A stretch of 64,000 nt of DNA. It comes from a bacterium. Its GTDB lineage: Bacteria > Electryoneota > Electryoneia > Electryoneales > Electryoneaceae. The notes under the pieces were generated by a model. It saw only the letters and a program-made list of their open reading frames with translations, was not told the DNA's origin and ran no database searches. The position numbers were made by a program, and so were the translations under genes. The DNA is taken from positions 2,400,001 through 2,464,000 of the forward strand of contig CAXXKJ010000002.1 in the NCBI GenBank assembly GCA_963675295.2, read 5' to 3'. Shown one piece after another: positions 9,809 to 18,213 of the stretch (its first letter is position 1; every line of letters begins with the position of its first letter).

Positions 9809-10705
9809 TCATCCACCAGCCTGCCGTCTCCGGCTGTCGAGCATCAGCAGCAGCAGGGCGCGAACCAGACGGGCGGCGAGCACGGTGCTGCGTCCGGTGA
9901 GGTCGGCGTCCGGCAGCAGCTCGACGACATCCGCCGCGGCAATGTGTTTGTCCTTTAGCAGCGTCAGCCAGCGCGAAACATCTTTCCACGCCATCCCGCC
10001 TGCTTCCGGTGTGCCGGTGCCCGGGGCTTCCGCCGGGTCGAACCCGTCAAAGTCGAATGTGAGGTAGATCGGCCGGTCGCCGAGTTTGGCCAACGCGGCG
10101 TTGAAACCGTCATCGGTAGCGTCGAAGAGCAGGTTGCCCTGTTTCGCCAGCTCGAACTCGTCCTTCATGCCGGAACGGATGCCGACCATCGCGATCTTGT
10201 CCGGGCCGATGAGGTCGTAAATGCGGCGGGTGACGCAGGCGTGTGAATACTGCGTGCCGCCGTACATATCGCGCAGGTCGGTGTGGGCGTCGAAGACGAG
10301 CAGACCGAGGTCGGGTTCACGTTTCAGTGCGTGCTCGAACAACGGAAGCGTGACGGTGTGCTCACCACCAAGGCCGAAGACGGGGACATGAGCTGGGAGC
10401 GTGGCTAGTCCAAGCCGGGCTTGCTCAACGAACTCGAGGGCGTCCATGCCGAATTCGACGGCGAGGTCGCCAAGGTCGGCGTACTCGCAGGTGTCGAGGT
10501 CGAGATCGAGTGTCGGATCGTAGGTCTCGAGGTTTCCGTCTGATGCGGCGCGGATCTGGTCCGGCGCGAAACGTTGGCCCGAACGGTAGGACGCTGTCCC
10601 ATCGTAGGGCAGGCCGACGATAACGCCAAGAGCGTCCTCCGCGATGGCGGGGGACGCTCCGATATAGCCGAGTCGCTGAAACATGGGAATCGGTTTCGGG
10701 GACAT
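9809..10705 (-). CDS. speB: Agmatinase
   Basis: Ureohydrolase motifs GGEH, FDAHTD, DFDGFDP, PGTGTPEAGG; polyamine operon context. Confidence 0.92.
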   Translation of the reverse strand: MSPKPIPMFQRLGYIGASPAIAEDALGVIVGLPYDGTASYRSGQRFAPDQIRAASDGNLETYDPTLDLDLDTCEYADLGDLAVEFGMDALEFVEQARLGLATLPAHVPVFGLGGEHTVTLPLFEHALKREPDLGLLVFDAHTDLRDMYGGTQYSHACVTRRIYDLIGPDKIAMVGIRSGMKDEFELAKQGNLLFDATDDGFNAALAKLGDRPIYLTFDFDGFDPAEAPGTGTPEAGGMAWKDVSRWLTLLKDKHIAAADVVELLPDADLTGRSTVLAARLVRALLLLMLDSRRRQAGG

Positions 10706-10708
10706 GGA

Positions 10709-11584
10709 TTAGAGCAGCTTTCTGCGCAACCAGTTCGGCATGCCGAAGCTGGAGGCATGAGTTTCACGGCTCCAGTGCTTGGAGTCGCGCTCGATGAGCA
10801 GCGCGCGTTCTTCGTTTACCGTATCGAGGTCCGGCCCCTTGCTGACCAGCGCGAAGCCCCAGACGCCGCTGGGGTACATCTGCACCGGGGCGGTGTAGGG
10901 ACGCGCCTGCGGGAAGATCTTCTCCAGGCGCTTGATCACCGTAACGAGGTGGTCGTTGTGGAAAGTCGGGTCGGCGATCTGACTGGCCATGACGCCATCC
11001 TCGGTCAACGCCCGCTTGATGTCGTTGTAGAATGGTTCCTCGAACAGAGGGACGGCAGGTCCGACCGGATCGGTCGAATCAACAAGAATCACATCCCAGC
11101 TGCCCGGTTCGGTGTCGCGGACATACGCCAACCCGTCGCCGATAACCAGGTCCACGCGCGGGTCATCGTACGCTTTCGCCATCGTCGGGAGGTACTCTTT
11201 CGCGATACGTACGACTTCGTCATCGATTTCGACCTGACAGGCGACCTCGACTTCCGGGTGGCGCAGCACCTCGCGAAGCGTGCCGCCGTCCCCACCGCCG
11301 ATAACGAGCACGCGGCGTGGGTTCGGGCTGATCAGCATCGCCGAATGGACGAGAGCGTCATGGTACTGGCTCTCGAAACGTTCGGTGAGCATCACGGCGC
11401 CGTCATGAACGAGCAGTTTGCCGTCGCCCTCGGTTTCGTAAAGGTCGATCTGCTGGTACTCGGTTTTCACCGACTCGAGCATGCGGGTGATCTTCCACGT
11501 CAGGCCAACACCGGTGTCAGACCATTCGGTGAAAGTGTGCCACGCTTCGGTCGGTTCCATCAGGGATGTTTTTTCGTCGCTCAT
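10709..11584 (-). CDS. speE: Polyamine aminopropyltransferase (spermidine synthase)
   Basis: VLVIGGGDGG, VEID, DVILVDSTDPVGPA; start ATG 11584 or 11617. Confidence 0.95.
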   Translation of the reverse strand: MSDEKTSLMEPTEAWHTFTEWSDTGVGLTWKITRMLESVKTEYQQIDLYETEGDGKLLVHDGAVMLTERFESQYHDALVHSAMLISPNPRRVLVIGGGDGGTLREVLRHPEVEVACQVEIDDEVVRIAKEYLPTMAKAYDDPRVDLVIGDGLAYVRDTEPGSWDVILVDSTDPVGPAVPLFEEPFYNDIKRALTEDGVMASQIADPTFHNDHLVTVIKRLEKIFPQARPYTAPVQMYPSGVWGFALVSKGPDLDTVNEERALLIERDSKHWSRETHASSFGMPNWLRRKLL

Positions 11585-11606
11585 CGTTACCGGTTGAGGT
11601 TTCAGG

Positions 11607-12086
11607 TCAGTCTTCATCGTAGCCAAAGATGACGGCGGCATAGACCGCGCCTATATTTTCGACGCGATGCTCCACCGAAATCGAGAGAATTTCTTTCAGT
11701 TCACGATCCCGGATTCGGAACGCCTCCGCGGCCATGTCGCGCACGATGGCTTCCGCGTTCTCGGCGTTACCGCGTGCGGAATACTCCATGATCACGCCCG
11801 GCAGGGTATCGTCAACCGGCACCGCGACCGCGACCGCACCGGCGATGACTTCACCGGGGAGGCTGGAGTTCATCGACGCATAGGCCGTGGGAGTCAGCGA
11901 CCCGTACGGTGGCTGGAACGGAGCAACTTGTTCGCAGTTCGGCGGGAGAATGCTCGACAGCTTGACCAGGTTGCAGTCAGCCACGCCGGCCTTTCCAAGC
12001 GCGGCGTCGAATGCGTTCAGCGGGGTATGTCCCTCGGACGCGCCGGCCGCGAGGAAGAATTTCGTCGGAGTCGGAATACTCTTCAT
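11607..12086 (-). CDS. pdaD: Pyruvoyl-dependent arginine decarboxylase
   Basis: LNAFDAAL...NLVKLSSILPP self-cleavage Ser-Ser motif, GVIMEY. Confidence 0.92.
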   Translation of the reverse strand: MKSIPTPTKFFLAAGASEGHTPLNAFDAALGKAGVADCNLVKLSSILPPNCEQVAPFQPPYGSLTPTAYASMNSSLPGEVIAGAVAVAVPVDDTLPGVIMEYSARGNAENAEAIVRDMAAEAFRIRDRELKEILSISVEHRVENIGAVYAAVIFGYDED

Positions 12087-12097
12087 GATCGTATCCC

Positions 12098-12520
12098 TCA
12101 GGCCGCGTGGACGCCGTTGACCATCTGCTCCGGGGCGGGCTTATGCAGCGCGCGTCCGCTCGGATCCGCGAGCAGGCCACGCTTCATCTCGCTGATGGAG
12201 ACGTTGCCAGCGCCGAGGACGGTTTTGAGGTATTCGAAACCCTTGTACGGGTCGACCTCTTCGCCGCAGGTAAACAGATCCACCGCCGCGTAACCGTATT
12301 CCGGCCACGTGTGGATCGCGAGGTGCGACTCGGAGATCACCACCACGCCGCTGACGCCGTGCGGGCTGAAGTGATGGAACACTTTTTCGACCACGGTCGC
12401 GCCGCTGATCAGGGCGGCATCTTCCATCACATGGGAAATCCCGTCCACATCGTTGAGGATGTCGGGATTGCAGTTGTAGAACTCGACCATCAGCTGACGG
12501 CCCAGGGCCTTCGTTTTCAC
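12098..12520 (-). CDS. speD: S-adenosylmethionine decarboxylase proenzyme (short class 1B, SpeH-type)
   Basis: [36 protein letters not shown]; GTG start at 12520 with GGGAGG Shine-Dalgarno 9 nt upstream. Confidence 0.95.
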   Translation of the reverse strand: MKTKALGRQLMVEFYNCNPDILNDVDGISHVMEDAALISGATVVEKVFHHFSPHGVSGVVVISESHLAIHTWPEYGYAAVDLFTCGEEVDPYKGFEYLKTVLGAGNVSISEMKRGLLADPSGRALHKPAPEQMVNGVHAA

Positions 12521-12608
12521 CTCAGTGTACCTCCCGTTGCCGGCGCAAGCGCCGACGGTGTTTGACCTACAGGCCACCCGCCACGAGGGCGGCATGGTTG
12601 TTCAACAG

Positions 12609-13151
12609 CTAGAAGTACGGTGGGCTGGTAACCCAGAGAAACTCCACCGGACGTTTGTTTTTGTTTTCGAGCTCAAGGGTGTGTGTGCCCTCGGCGTAGA
12701 ACGAATCGCCGGCTTTCGCCCGGAATTGCTGTGAACTGACGGACAACCGCAACTCGCCCCGGAGGATGTAGCCGAACTGTTCGCCGCTGAAAGGAGGCAT
12801 CTCGACGGTTTGTCCCTCTTCGAGCAGTACCTTGACCGGCTCCATCGTGCGATTGGCGGCGCCGGAGACGAGGCTTTCGAACTTTTCAACGCCGTCACGT
12901 TCCAGCAGCACCGCATCCTTCGCTTTGAACACGATCTGTTCCTGCTCCTGACGGAAGAAGTCGGAGATGTGTACGTTGAGCGCGTTGAGGATCATCAGCA
13001 GGCTGTCGATGGAAATTGAGGTCTTGCCCCGTTCCACCTGACTGATGAAGCCCGCGGTCAAGTCAGACCGTTCCGCCAGGTCTTCCTGTGTCATCTCCGC
13101 GGCCTTGCGCAGCCTGCGGATACGACTTCCGATTCTCGCCAGTTCTTCCAT
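12609..13151 (-). CDS. XRE-family HTH + cupin transcriptional regulator (PuuR-like)
   Basis: IGSRIRRLRK...TQEDLAERS..ISQVERG HTH; C-terminal cupin GEQFGYILRG...GDSFY. Confidence 0.88.
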   Translation of the reverse strand: MEELARIGSRIRRLRKAAEMTQEDLAERSDLTAGFISQVERGKTSISIDSLLMILNALNVHISDFFRQEQEQIVFKAKDAVLLERDGVEKFESLVSGAANRTMEPVKVLLEEGQTVEMPPFSGEQFGYILRGELRLSVSSQQFRAKAGDSFYAEGTHTLELENKNKRPVEFLWVTSPPYF

Positions 13152-13194
13152 GCAGTATACTTAAAAAAAGTTCCTTGTTTACTAGCAGGGCGGA

Positions 13195-13223
13195 AATGTA
13201 TATCGGTTCTCTAACCCCGGCAA
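13195..13223 (-). promoter_or_regulatory. Sigma70-type promoter of the polyamine operon
   Basis: TTGCCG-17 bp-TACATT on the minus strand, about 44 nt upstream of the regulator ATG. Confidence 0.6.
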
Positions 13224-13491
13224 GAGTCAAGTGAACTCTGGGAGTACGCCGATCTTCGGTCATACTCCGGACAGTTCAAATTTCCAGCACTTTCGCTACA
13301 GCGATCATAAAAGAAAACCTGCAGGATGATGCTGAATTTCTTATCAGTGAGGCGTTGGATGCGTTGTACGAGGGAAGGTTGCTCCGGTTCCCGAGACGTT
13401 GCATGGAGCGGGGCATTTGATTGCGTTCTGGATGGTGACTTGGATATCCTGATGCCGGGGGATATCACTCAAACCGCGAGGAGGACAGGGC

Positions 13492-13986
13492 ATGGCGGAG
13501 GTAAACCCGGTTCCGGATGGATTCCACACCGTATCCGCGCACATGGTGATCAAGGGCGCGAAAGAAGCAATTGAGTATTATCAGGAGTTGTTCGAGGCGG
13601 AGGTGCTATTCTCAACGTTAATGCCGGACGGCGAAACGGTGATGAACGCCGAGATCCGCATCGGCGACTCGGTGATCATGATCGCGGATGAGATGCCGAT
13701 GATGAAATACTGGGTTTCACCGACTCAGTTGAACGGCACCACGGTCGGTCTGCATTTGTCGGTAGCGGATGTGGATACGTGGTTCACGCGTGCGGAGGCT
13801 GGCGGTGTCAAGGTGCTGATACCGCCGACGGACATGTTCTGGGGGCACCGGTACTGCCAGTTCATCGACAAGTTCGGGCATGCGTGGTCAATCGCGACGA
13901 AGGTGGAAGACGTGAGCGAAGATGAGATCAATGAACGCGCGCGGCAATGGATGGAGCAGATGGCGCAGCAGGCGAAGCAGGATTGA
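13492..13986 (+). CDS. VOC/glyoxalase (PhnB-like) family protein
   Basis: PVPDGFHTV, AEIRIGDSVIMIADE, DMFWGHRY...DKFGHAW; GAGGAG Shine-Dalgarno. Confidence 0.9.
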   Translation: MAEVNPVPDGFHTVSAHMVIKGAKEAIEYYQELFEAEVLFSTLMPDGETVMNAEIRIGDSVIMIADEMPMMKYWVSPTQLNGTTVGLHLSVADVDTWFTRAEAGGVKVLIPPTDMFWGHRYCQFIDKFGHAWSIATKVEDVSEDEINERARQWMEQMAQQAKQD

Positions 13987-14008
13987 GATTCAGCTGACCC
14001 TGATAAAT

Positions 14009-14040
14009 CAAAGCCCTCCCGGATCGGGGAGGGCTTTGTT
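14009..14040. terminator. Bidirectional terminator between convergent genes
   Basis: CAAAGCCCTCCC-GGATCG-GGGAGGGCTTTG. Confidence 0.8.
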
Positions 14041-14087
14041 GTGAGCAGCTGGTATCGGTGTGCCGCTGGAACAATGATCACGATTGA

Positions 14088-14930
14088 TTAGCCCGCCAGT
14101 TTCTTGCGGAAGCAGATCTGGGTGTAGATGATGTGAAAGCCCATGCGTTCGGCGTTGTGCTGTGATCCGGAGGACTGGCTGGCGTAGATCGTGGCGACTT
14201 CACAGCCGGCTTCCAGTGCGTCGTTGAACCGACGGTTGATCAGCGCGGTCTGGATGCCGCGCCGCCGAAACTGTGGCAGGGTGGACGCGCCGATCATCAA
14301 GCCGATTTCACCGAGCAGCGCGATCACCGCACCGCCGGCAGGTTCGCCGTTGTAGCGGGCGAGATACAATTTCGCTTCGGGCGAACCACGGTAGACCTTC
14401 ATCTGCTCCGGCGTGTCGGTATCCGGATCCTCGGCATCCGCAAGAAATCCCGCCGCAAAGGTTTCGCACCAGAGCTGGAACAGGTTGCTGTCCTCCGGAT
14501 CGACGGTCTCGAGGGAGATGCCGTCCGCTGGAGGGGCGAAGGTTTCGTTCGGGTCGAATGGCCGCAGCAACGCGTTGGTGAATTCCGACACGGTGTAGCC
14601 GCGCCGGATCAGCTGGTTCATCAGGCTGATGTCGGCGAGGGTGTTGAACTCGATGCACGGGTCCAACCCGCGCCGGCTGAACTCGTATTCGAGCGTGTCC
14701 AGATCCTCAGCGGTGATGGCCTGCTTCAGGCCGAGACCGTAGGTTCGGCTCCAGTACGCCGAGTTAGACGCGAAATTCATCACGCCGTCCGCGATCGGGA
14801 CAATCTGCGGGCCGTGGTGCGGGAACAGGCGTTCGCGTTCACGTCCGATCGCGTTGAAAAAGTTCAGGTGAACGGTGTCGAGATGCGCGACATCGTCCCG
14901 CTGCAGTGCGTGAGTGCGAAAGGACGGCAC
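14088..14930 (-). CDS. GNAT family N-acetyltransferase
   Basis: ASTLPQFRRRGIQTALI acetyl-CoA motif A; SQHNAERMGF. Confidence 0.88.
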   Translation of the reverse strand: MPSFRTHALQRDDVAHLDTVHLNFFNAIGRERERLFPHHGPQIVPIADGVMNFASNSAYWSRTYGLGLKQAITAEDLDTLEYEFSRRGLDPCIEFNTLADISLMNQLIRRGYTVSEFTNALLRPFDPNETFAPPADGISLETVDPEDSNLFQLWCETFAAGFLADAEDPDTDTPEQMKVYRGSPEAKLYLARYNGEPAGGAVIALLGEIGLMIGASTLPQFRRRGIQTALINRRFNDALEAGCEVATIYASQSSGSQHNAERMGFHIIYTQICFRKKLAG

Positions 14931-14967
14931 AGTTTCATTCCTTCCTGGTCAGCCGCAAGGCCGAGCC

Positions 14968-15573
14968 TTACTTCCGTGTGTAAATCAGTTCCATCACCTT
15001 GCTGTCGCCGAGACCATAGATCGGGTCGTGGACATCTCCGACGAAATTGTCTTCGTCGATGATGCGTAGGACGTATTTGACCGTCTTGCCGATTTCCCCG
15101 GTCATCGGCTCATCCATCAGGCCGTAGAAAATGTACGTGTTATTCTTTTCATCGAACACACCAGACATGGTTCCGATGGCGGTGGAGGTGTTGCTGATGC
15201 TGCTGCTGGTGTATTGCATCCGGAAGTTGTCGTAGCCGATGTAGCCGATACTCTGATACGGGCTGCCCATGAAGGAGCCGTCCACGGTTTCCTGGATGAA
15301 ACGTTCGCCCATGACCCACTTAAAGTTCGAAGAACCGGGGTAGTCGGCGGCTTCGGTGCCTGGGCCACCCATGAACATGCGGGCGGTGACGTCCCAGTCG
15401 CCGATAAAGTAGCCGAGGCGTTCGTGGTGTTCGCCCGGCGACATCATCTCCATATAGTTCTGCATCATCGCCATGTCTTCTTCGGACATCTGCATTTCGT
15501 CCTGAGCGAACCCGGCGGTTGAAAGCAGCAGCAACGCGAACAGACAGAGACCAAACGTGTGAATCGTATTCAT
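14968..15573 (-). CDS. Exported DUF1579-like protein
   Basis: Signal peptide, PGEHHERL..FIGDW, GYIGYDN, C-terminal KVMELIYTRK. Confidence 0.75.
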   Translation of the reverse strand: MNTIHTFGLCLFALLLLSTAGFAQDEMQMSEEDMAMMQNYMEMMSPGEHHERLGYFIGDWDVTARMFMGGPGTEAADYPGSSNFKWVMGERFIQETVDGSFMGSPYQSIGYIGYDNFRMQYTSSSISNTSTAIGTMSGVFDEKNNTYIFYGLMDEPMTGEIGKTVKYVLRIIDEDNFVGDVHDPIYGLGDSKVMELIYTRK

Positions 15574-15695
15574 GGGGGACCCTTTCACTGAGTGAACATG
15601 TGATCAGAATAGACACGGGAATGTAGGCTCGGAAGGATGGCTGGACAACGGTGAACCGGGAATTGGGGAGAGAAGTCCAGCCGTGAAACTTAGCG

Positions 15696-15733
15696 GGCTC
15701 TTCCTCACTTCACTTCGTTCCGTTCGGAATGAC
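15696..15733. repeat. Solo arm of the GTCATTCYGA REP-like family
   Basis: GGCTCTTCCTCACTTCACTTCGTTCCGTTCGGAATGAC differs from 9678-9715 at two positions. Confidence 0.88.
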
Positions 15734-15742
15734 GTGTGGTTC

Positions 15743-16957
15743 TCACTTCAGCTTGATGTCGAGCCAGATCAAGCGGTGGTCGGAGGCGGTTTCGGCCAAC
15801 GCAGCGCCGTCCGCATCAGCGGTGGAGTCCGGCCAGAAGACGCCGCCGTCCACGATCTCGAGATCGGTGCTCGGCATCAGGTGGTCGATGCGCATGCCGT
15901 GATCGCCGAAGCCTGTGGTGTTTCGTTCGAAATGGTTCGGCGGTCCGGCGGGACGTCCCCGCAATGCGCCGGTGCTGGTGAGGAACTCGCCGCAGTCATG
16001 GATGCGGGGATGGGTGAGCAGTTGGTCAATGGCGCGTTGGCCAGTGCTGAGCGTGTCGCCAGTGGGGCCGGCGTTGAGATCGCCCGCGAGGACAAAGCTG
16101 GTAGTTTCCGGCAAGCCGCCACGGACGCCTTGATCATCCACCAGCACGTCGTCATTGTCGAGATAGTGCACCCACATGCGGAGTTCGTCATAGTTGCGGC
16201 GGCCGTTCCGGTCTTCAGGCCCGTCGAACACAGGGGGTGTCGGGTGCGAGACCAGCAGGTGGATCGGATCGCCGTCGATCAGAATGGGAATGTCCCAGTG
16301 TGACTTGCTGGAGAGGCGGAATTTCTGAATTTCCGGGATGGTGTACCAGCGCGGGGGGATGAGGTTGTCCGGTAGATCACGCCAGAGAAATTGCTGGAAG
16401 GTGCGGACCTGCGCGGTGTCGAGCGGCAGGTTCGAGAGCACGGCCATCGAGTACTGGCCGGGGTATTCGCCGTAGCCGAAGCAGTCCCCACCGTACGTGC
16501 GCGTGTGCAGGTCGGAGCTGGTGGCGATGTGGCCGTCATTATCGAAATCCTCGCCGGCAAGGATTCCGGTATTGCACGGTGCGGCGAAGACATGTGCAAA
16601 GGTGTACGCGTCCTCGCCCTGATCGAGATAGCGTTCGATGAACTGGCGTGCGGTCAGGCTCAGATCCTCGCCACGGGCGACAGCGTCGTAATCGTGATCG
16701 ATTTCCTGCAACACCAGCACGTCCGGCCGGATGCGCTGGATGATCTCCGCCGCCGCGACAAGCTGCTCGTCTTGGCCGATGCCGTGGTCGTCCACCTCGT
16801 TGAGCTTCTCCGTGGACAGTTCCCAGACGTTGAACAAGGCAATGCGAACGGTCTCGCCGGCGGGCAGCTCGGGTGTAGTGGAACAGGCGGTTAGCAGCAG
16901 AAGCATGGCCAGCAGGGCCGGGACCAGGACGGTACGCCACGAAGCAGAGGAACGCAT
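15743..16957 (-). CDS. Endonuclease/exonuclease/phosphatase family lipoprotein
   Basis: Lipobox LLTAC, FNV, PDVLVLQEID, SHPTPPVFDG, AGDLN, SDHRLIW. Confidence 0.9.
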   Translation of the reverse strand: MRSSASWRTVLVPALLAMLLLLTACSTTPELPAGETVRIALFNVWELSTEKLNEVDDHGIGQDEQLVAAAEIIQRIRPDVLVLQEIDHDYDAVARGEDLSLTARQFIERYLDQGEDAYTFAHVFAAPCNTGILAGEDFDNDGHIATSSDLHTRTYGGDCFGYGEYPGQYSMAVLSNLPLDTAQVRTFQQFLWRDLPDNLIPPRWYTIPEIQKFRLSSKSHWDIPILIDGDPIHLLVSHPTPPVFDGPEDRNGRRNYDELRMWVHYLDNDDVLVDDQGVRGGLPETTSFVLAGDLNAGPTGDTLSTGQRAIDQLLTHPRIHDCGEFLTSTGALRGRPAGPPNHFERNTTGFGDHGMRIDHLMPSTDLEIVDGGVFWPDSTADADGAALAETASDHRLIWLDIKLK

Positions 16958-17047
16958 GGGATCGCTCACGGTCTGTGAAACCATTAACGGGTCGGCAGCA
17001 GGTTTGCCGCTACCAATGTACGAGATCGAGGCGGGGTGGAGAGAGCA

Positions 17048-17073
17048 GAAAACCCGCACCGAAGTGCGGGTTT
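17048..17073 (-). terminator. Terminator after tRNA-Glu
   Basis: AAACCCGCAC-CGAA-GTGCGGGTTT hairpin with minus-strand T-run. Confidence 0.8.
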
Positions 17074-17080
17074 CCCTACG

Positions 17081-17152
17081 TAGCGCGTACGGGACTCGAA
17101 CCCGTGTTACCGGCGTGAGAGGCCGGCGTCCTAACCGCTGAACGAACGCGCC
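17081..17152 (-). tRNA. tRNA-Glu (CTC)
   Basis: Acceptor stem GGCGCGT/ACGCGCT, anticodon arm CCGGC-CTCTCAC-GCCGG, T-loop TTCGAGT; CCA not encoded. Confidence 0.97.
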
Positions 17153-17171
17153 ATTTTTTCAAACGGCCCAC

Positions 17172-17200
17172 AAAGTAACTCGTGCATCCGGATCACGCAA
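17172..17200 (-). promoter_or_regulatory. Promoter of tRNA-Glu
   Basis: TTGCGT-17 bp-TACTTT(G). Confidence 0.6.
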
Positions 17201-17239
17201 GGGGTGCGGAAAGCCCGGAGACACGGTTGAGGGGAACGG

Positions 17240-18205
17240 TCAATTGGACGAAGATTTCTGCTCTTCCTGCGCGACACGATCGGCGAGAGTGATCACCGCA
17301 TCGACATAATCCTCGCTGTGGTTGTAATGCCAGACCGCCTTACGCCGTCGCTTGTCGTTTTCGGCGTCAAAGCGATGGATCGCGAGGTAGTTGGCAACCG
17401 AGGCGATGGCGTCGCTGAGGTTGTCGAGATCGATGTGGTCGTCGCCGTCGCCGTCTTTCGCGTACGCCATGAATGATGACGGCAGGAATTGCGGTATGCC
17501 GTACGCACCCGCCCAGGATCCCCGTTCGTCGAGCGGGTCCATCTGGCCGTTCTGCCGCAGCTCGATCAGGGTTTTAAGTTCGCGGTACGCCCAGTTCGCC
17601 TTGGAGGATCGGCGGCGGTTCGCGGTGCTGATCGCGGCGTCGTGCTCCTCGGCGGGGAGGTCATGCAGGATGCGGTCCCAGAAGTTCGGCGCGTGGGTTT
17701 CGAGCGACTCACTGTTCAGCAGGCTGAGGGTGGCGAATACGTTGAACAGCGGGTACGGTCCCTTGTTCGACCCGAAGTCGCTCTCGATTTTGAGGATCGC
17801 GGCGACCACCTCAGCATTGACCGGCGAGGAGGCGAGTACCGTATCAAAGGTCGCCCTGTTCGCGATCAGGAACCGGTAGGTATCCTGCACGGAGGCGTCA
17901 CCCTTGAACCGTTCATAGGCTCCAGTTGCGTCCGGCTGCTTGATGTTGACCTTGAGCAGTTGCGGCAGCAGTTCGGTACGGGGGTCATCGAACATCTGAT
18001 AGACCAGCGTCGGGTCGATGCCGTCCTCGATGAGACGGTTGGTCAGCTCGTCAAACGCCGACGGCGGCTCGACAATGGAGTCATCCGCGAAGGCGGAGGC
18101 CAAGGTGATGAGCGCGAGCAGCGCGACAGCCAGGGCGGAGTGTGTCCAACGCGCGGCAGAACGGCGCGTGGTATGATGGTGTACAAATCGGGTCATGAGG
18201 GGCAA
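17240..18205 (-). CDS. mltB: Lytic murein transglycosylase, MltB family
   Basis: AILKIESDFG catalytic Glu, GSWAGAYGIPQFLPSS, EF-hand DGDGDDHID, ASVANYL, YNHS. Confidence 0.9.
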   Translation of the reverse strand: MPLMTRFVHHHTTRRSAARWTHSALAVALLALITLASAFADDSIVEPPSAFDELTNRLIEDGIDPTLVYQMFDDPRTELLPQLLKVNIKQPDATGAYERFKGDASVQDTYRFLIANRATFDTVLASSPVNAEVVAAILKIESDFGSNKGPYPLFNVFATLSLLNSESLETHAPNFWDRILHDLPAEEHDAAISTANRRRSSKANWAYRELKTLIELRQNGQMDPLDERGSWAGAYGIPQFLPSSFMAYAKDGDGDDHIDLDNLSDAIASVANYLAIHRFDAENDKRRRKAVWHYNHSEDYVDAVITLADRVAQEEQKSSSN

Positions 18206-18213
18206 ATCCGGTT

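Noticed and set aside
12521-12595. 25-aa N-terminal extension of SpeD given by the ORF track
   Set aside because: The GTG at 12520 has a strong Shine-Dalgarno and matches the family start; the upstream part is treated as leader.
13400-17152. Accessory genes downstream of tRNA-Glu as a genomic island (likewise at tRNA-Thr and tRNA-Phe)
   Set aside because: No integrase, no duplicated tRNA 3' end noticed, and host-like GC.
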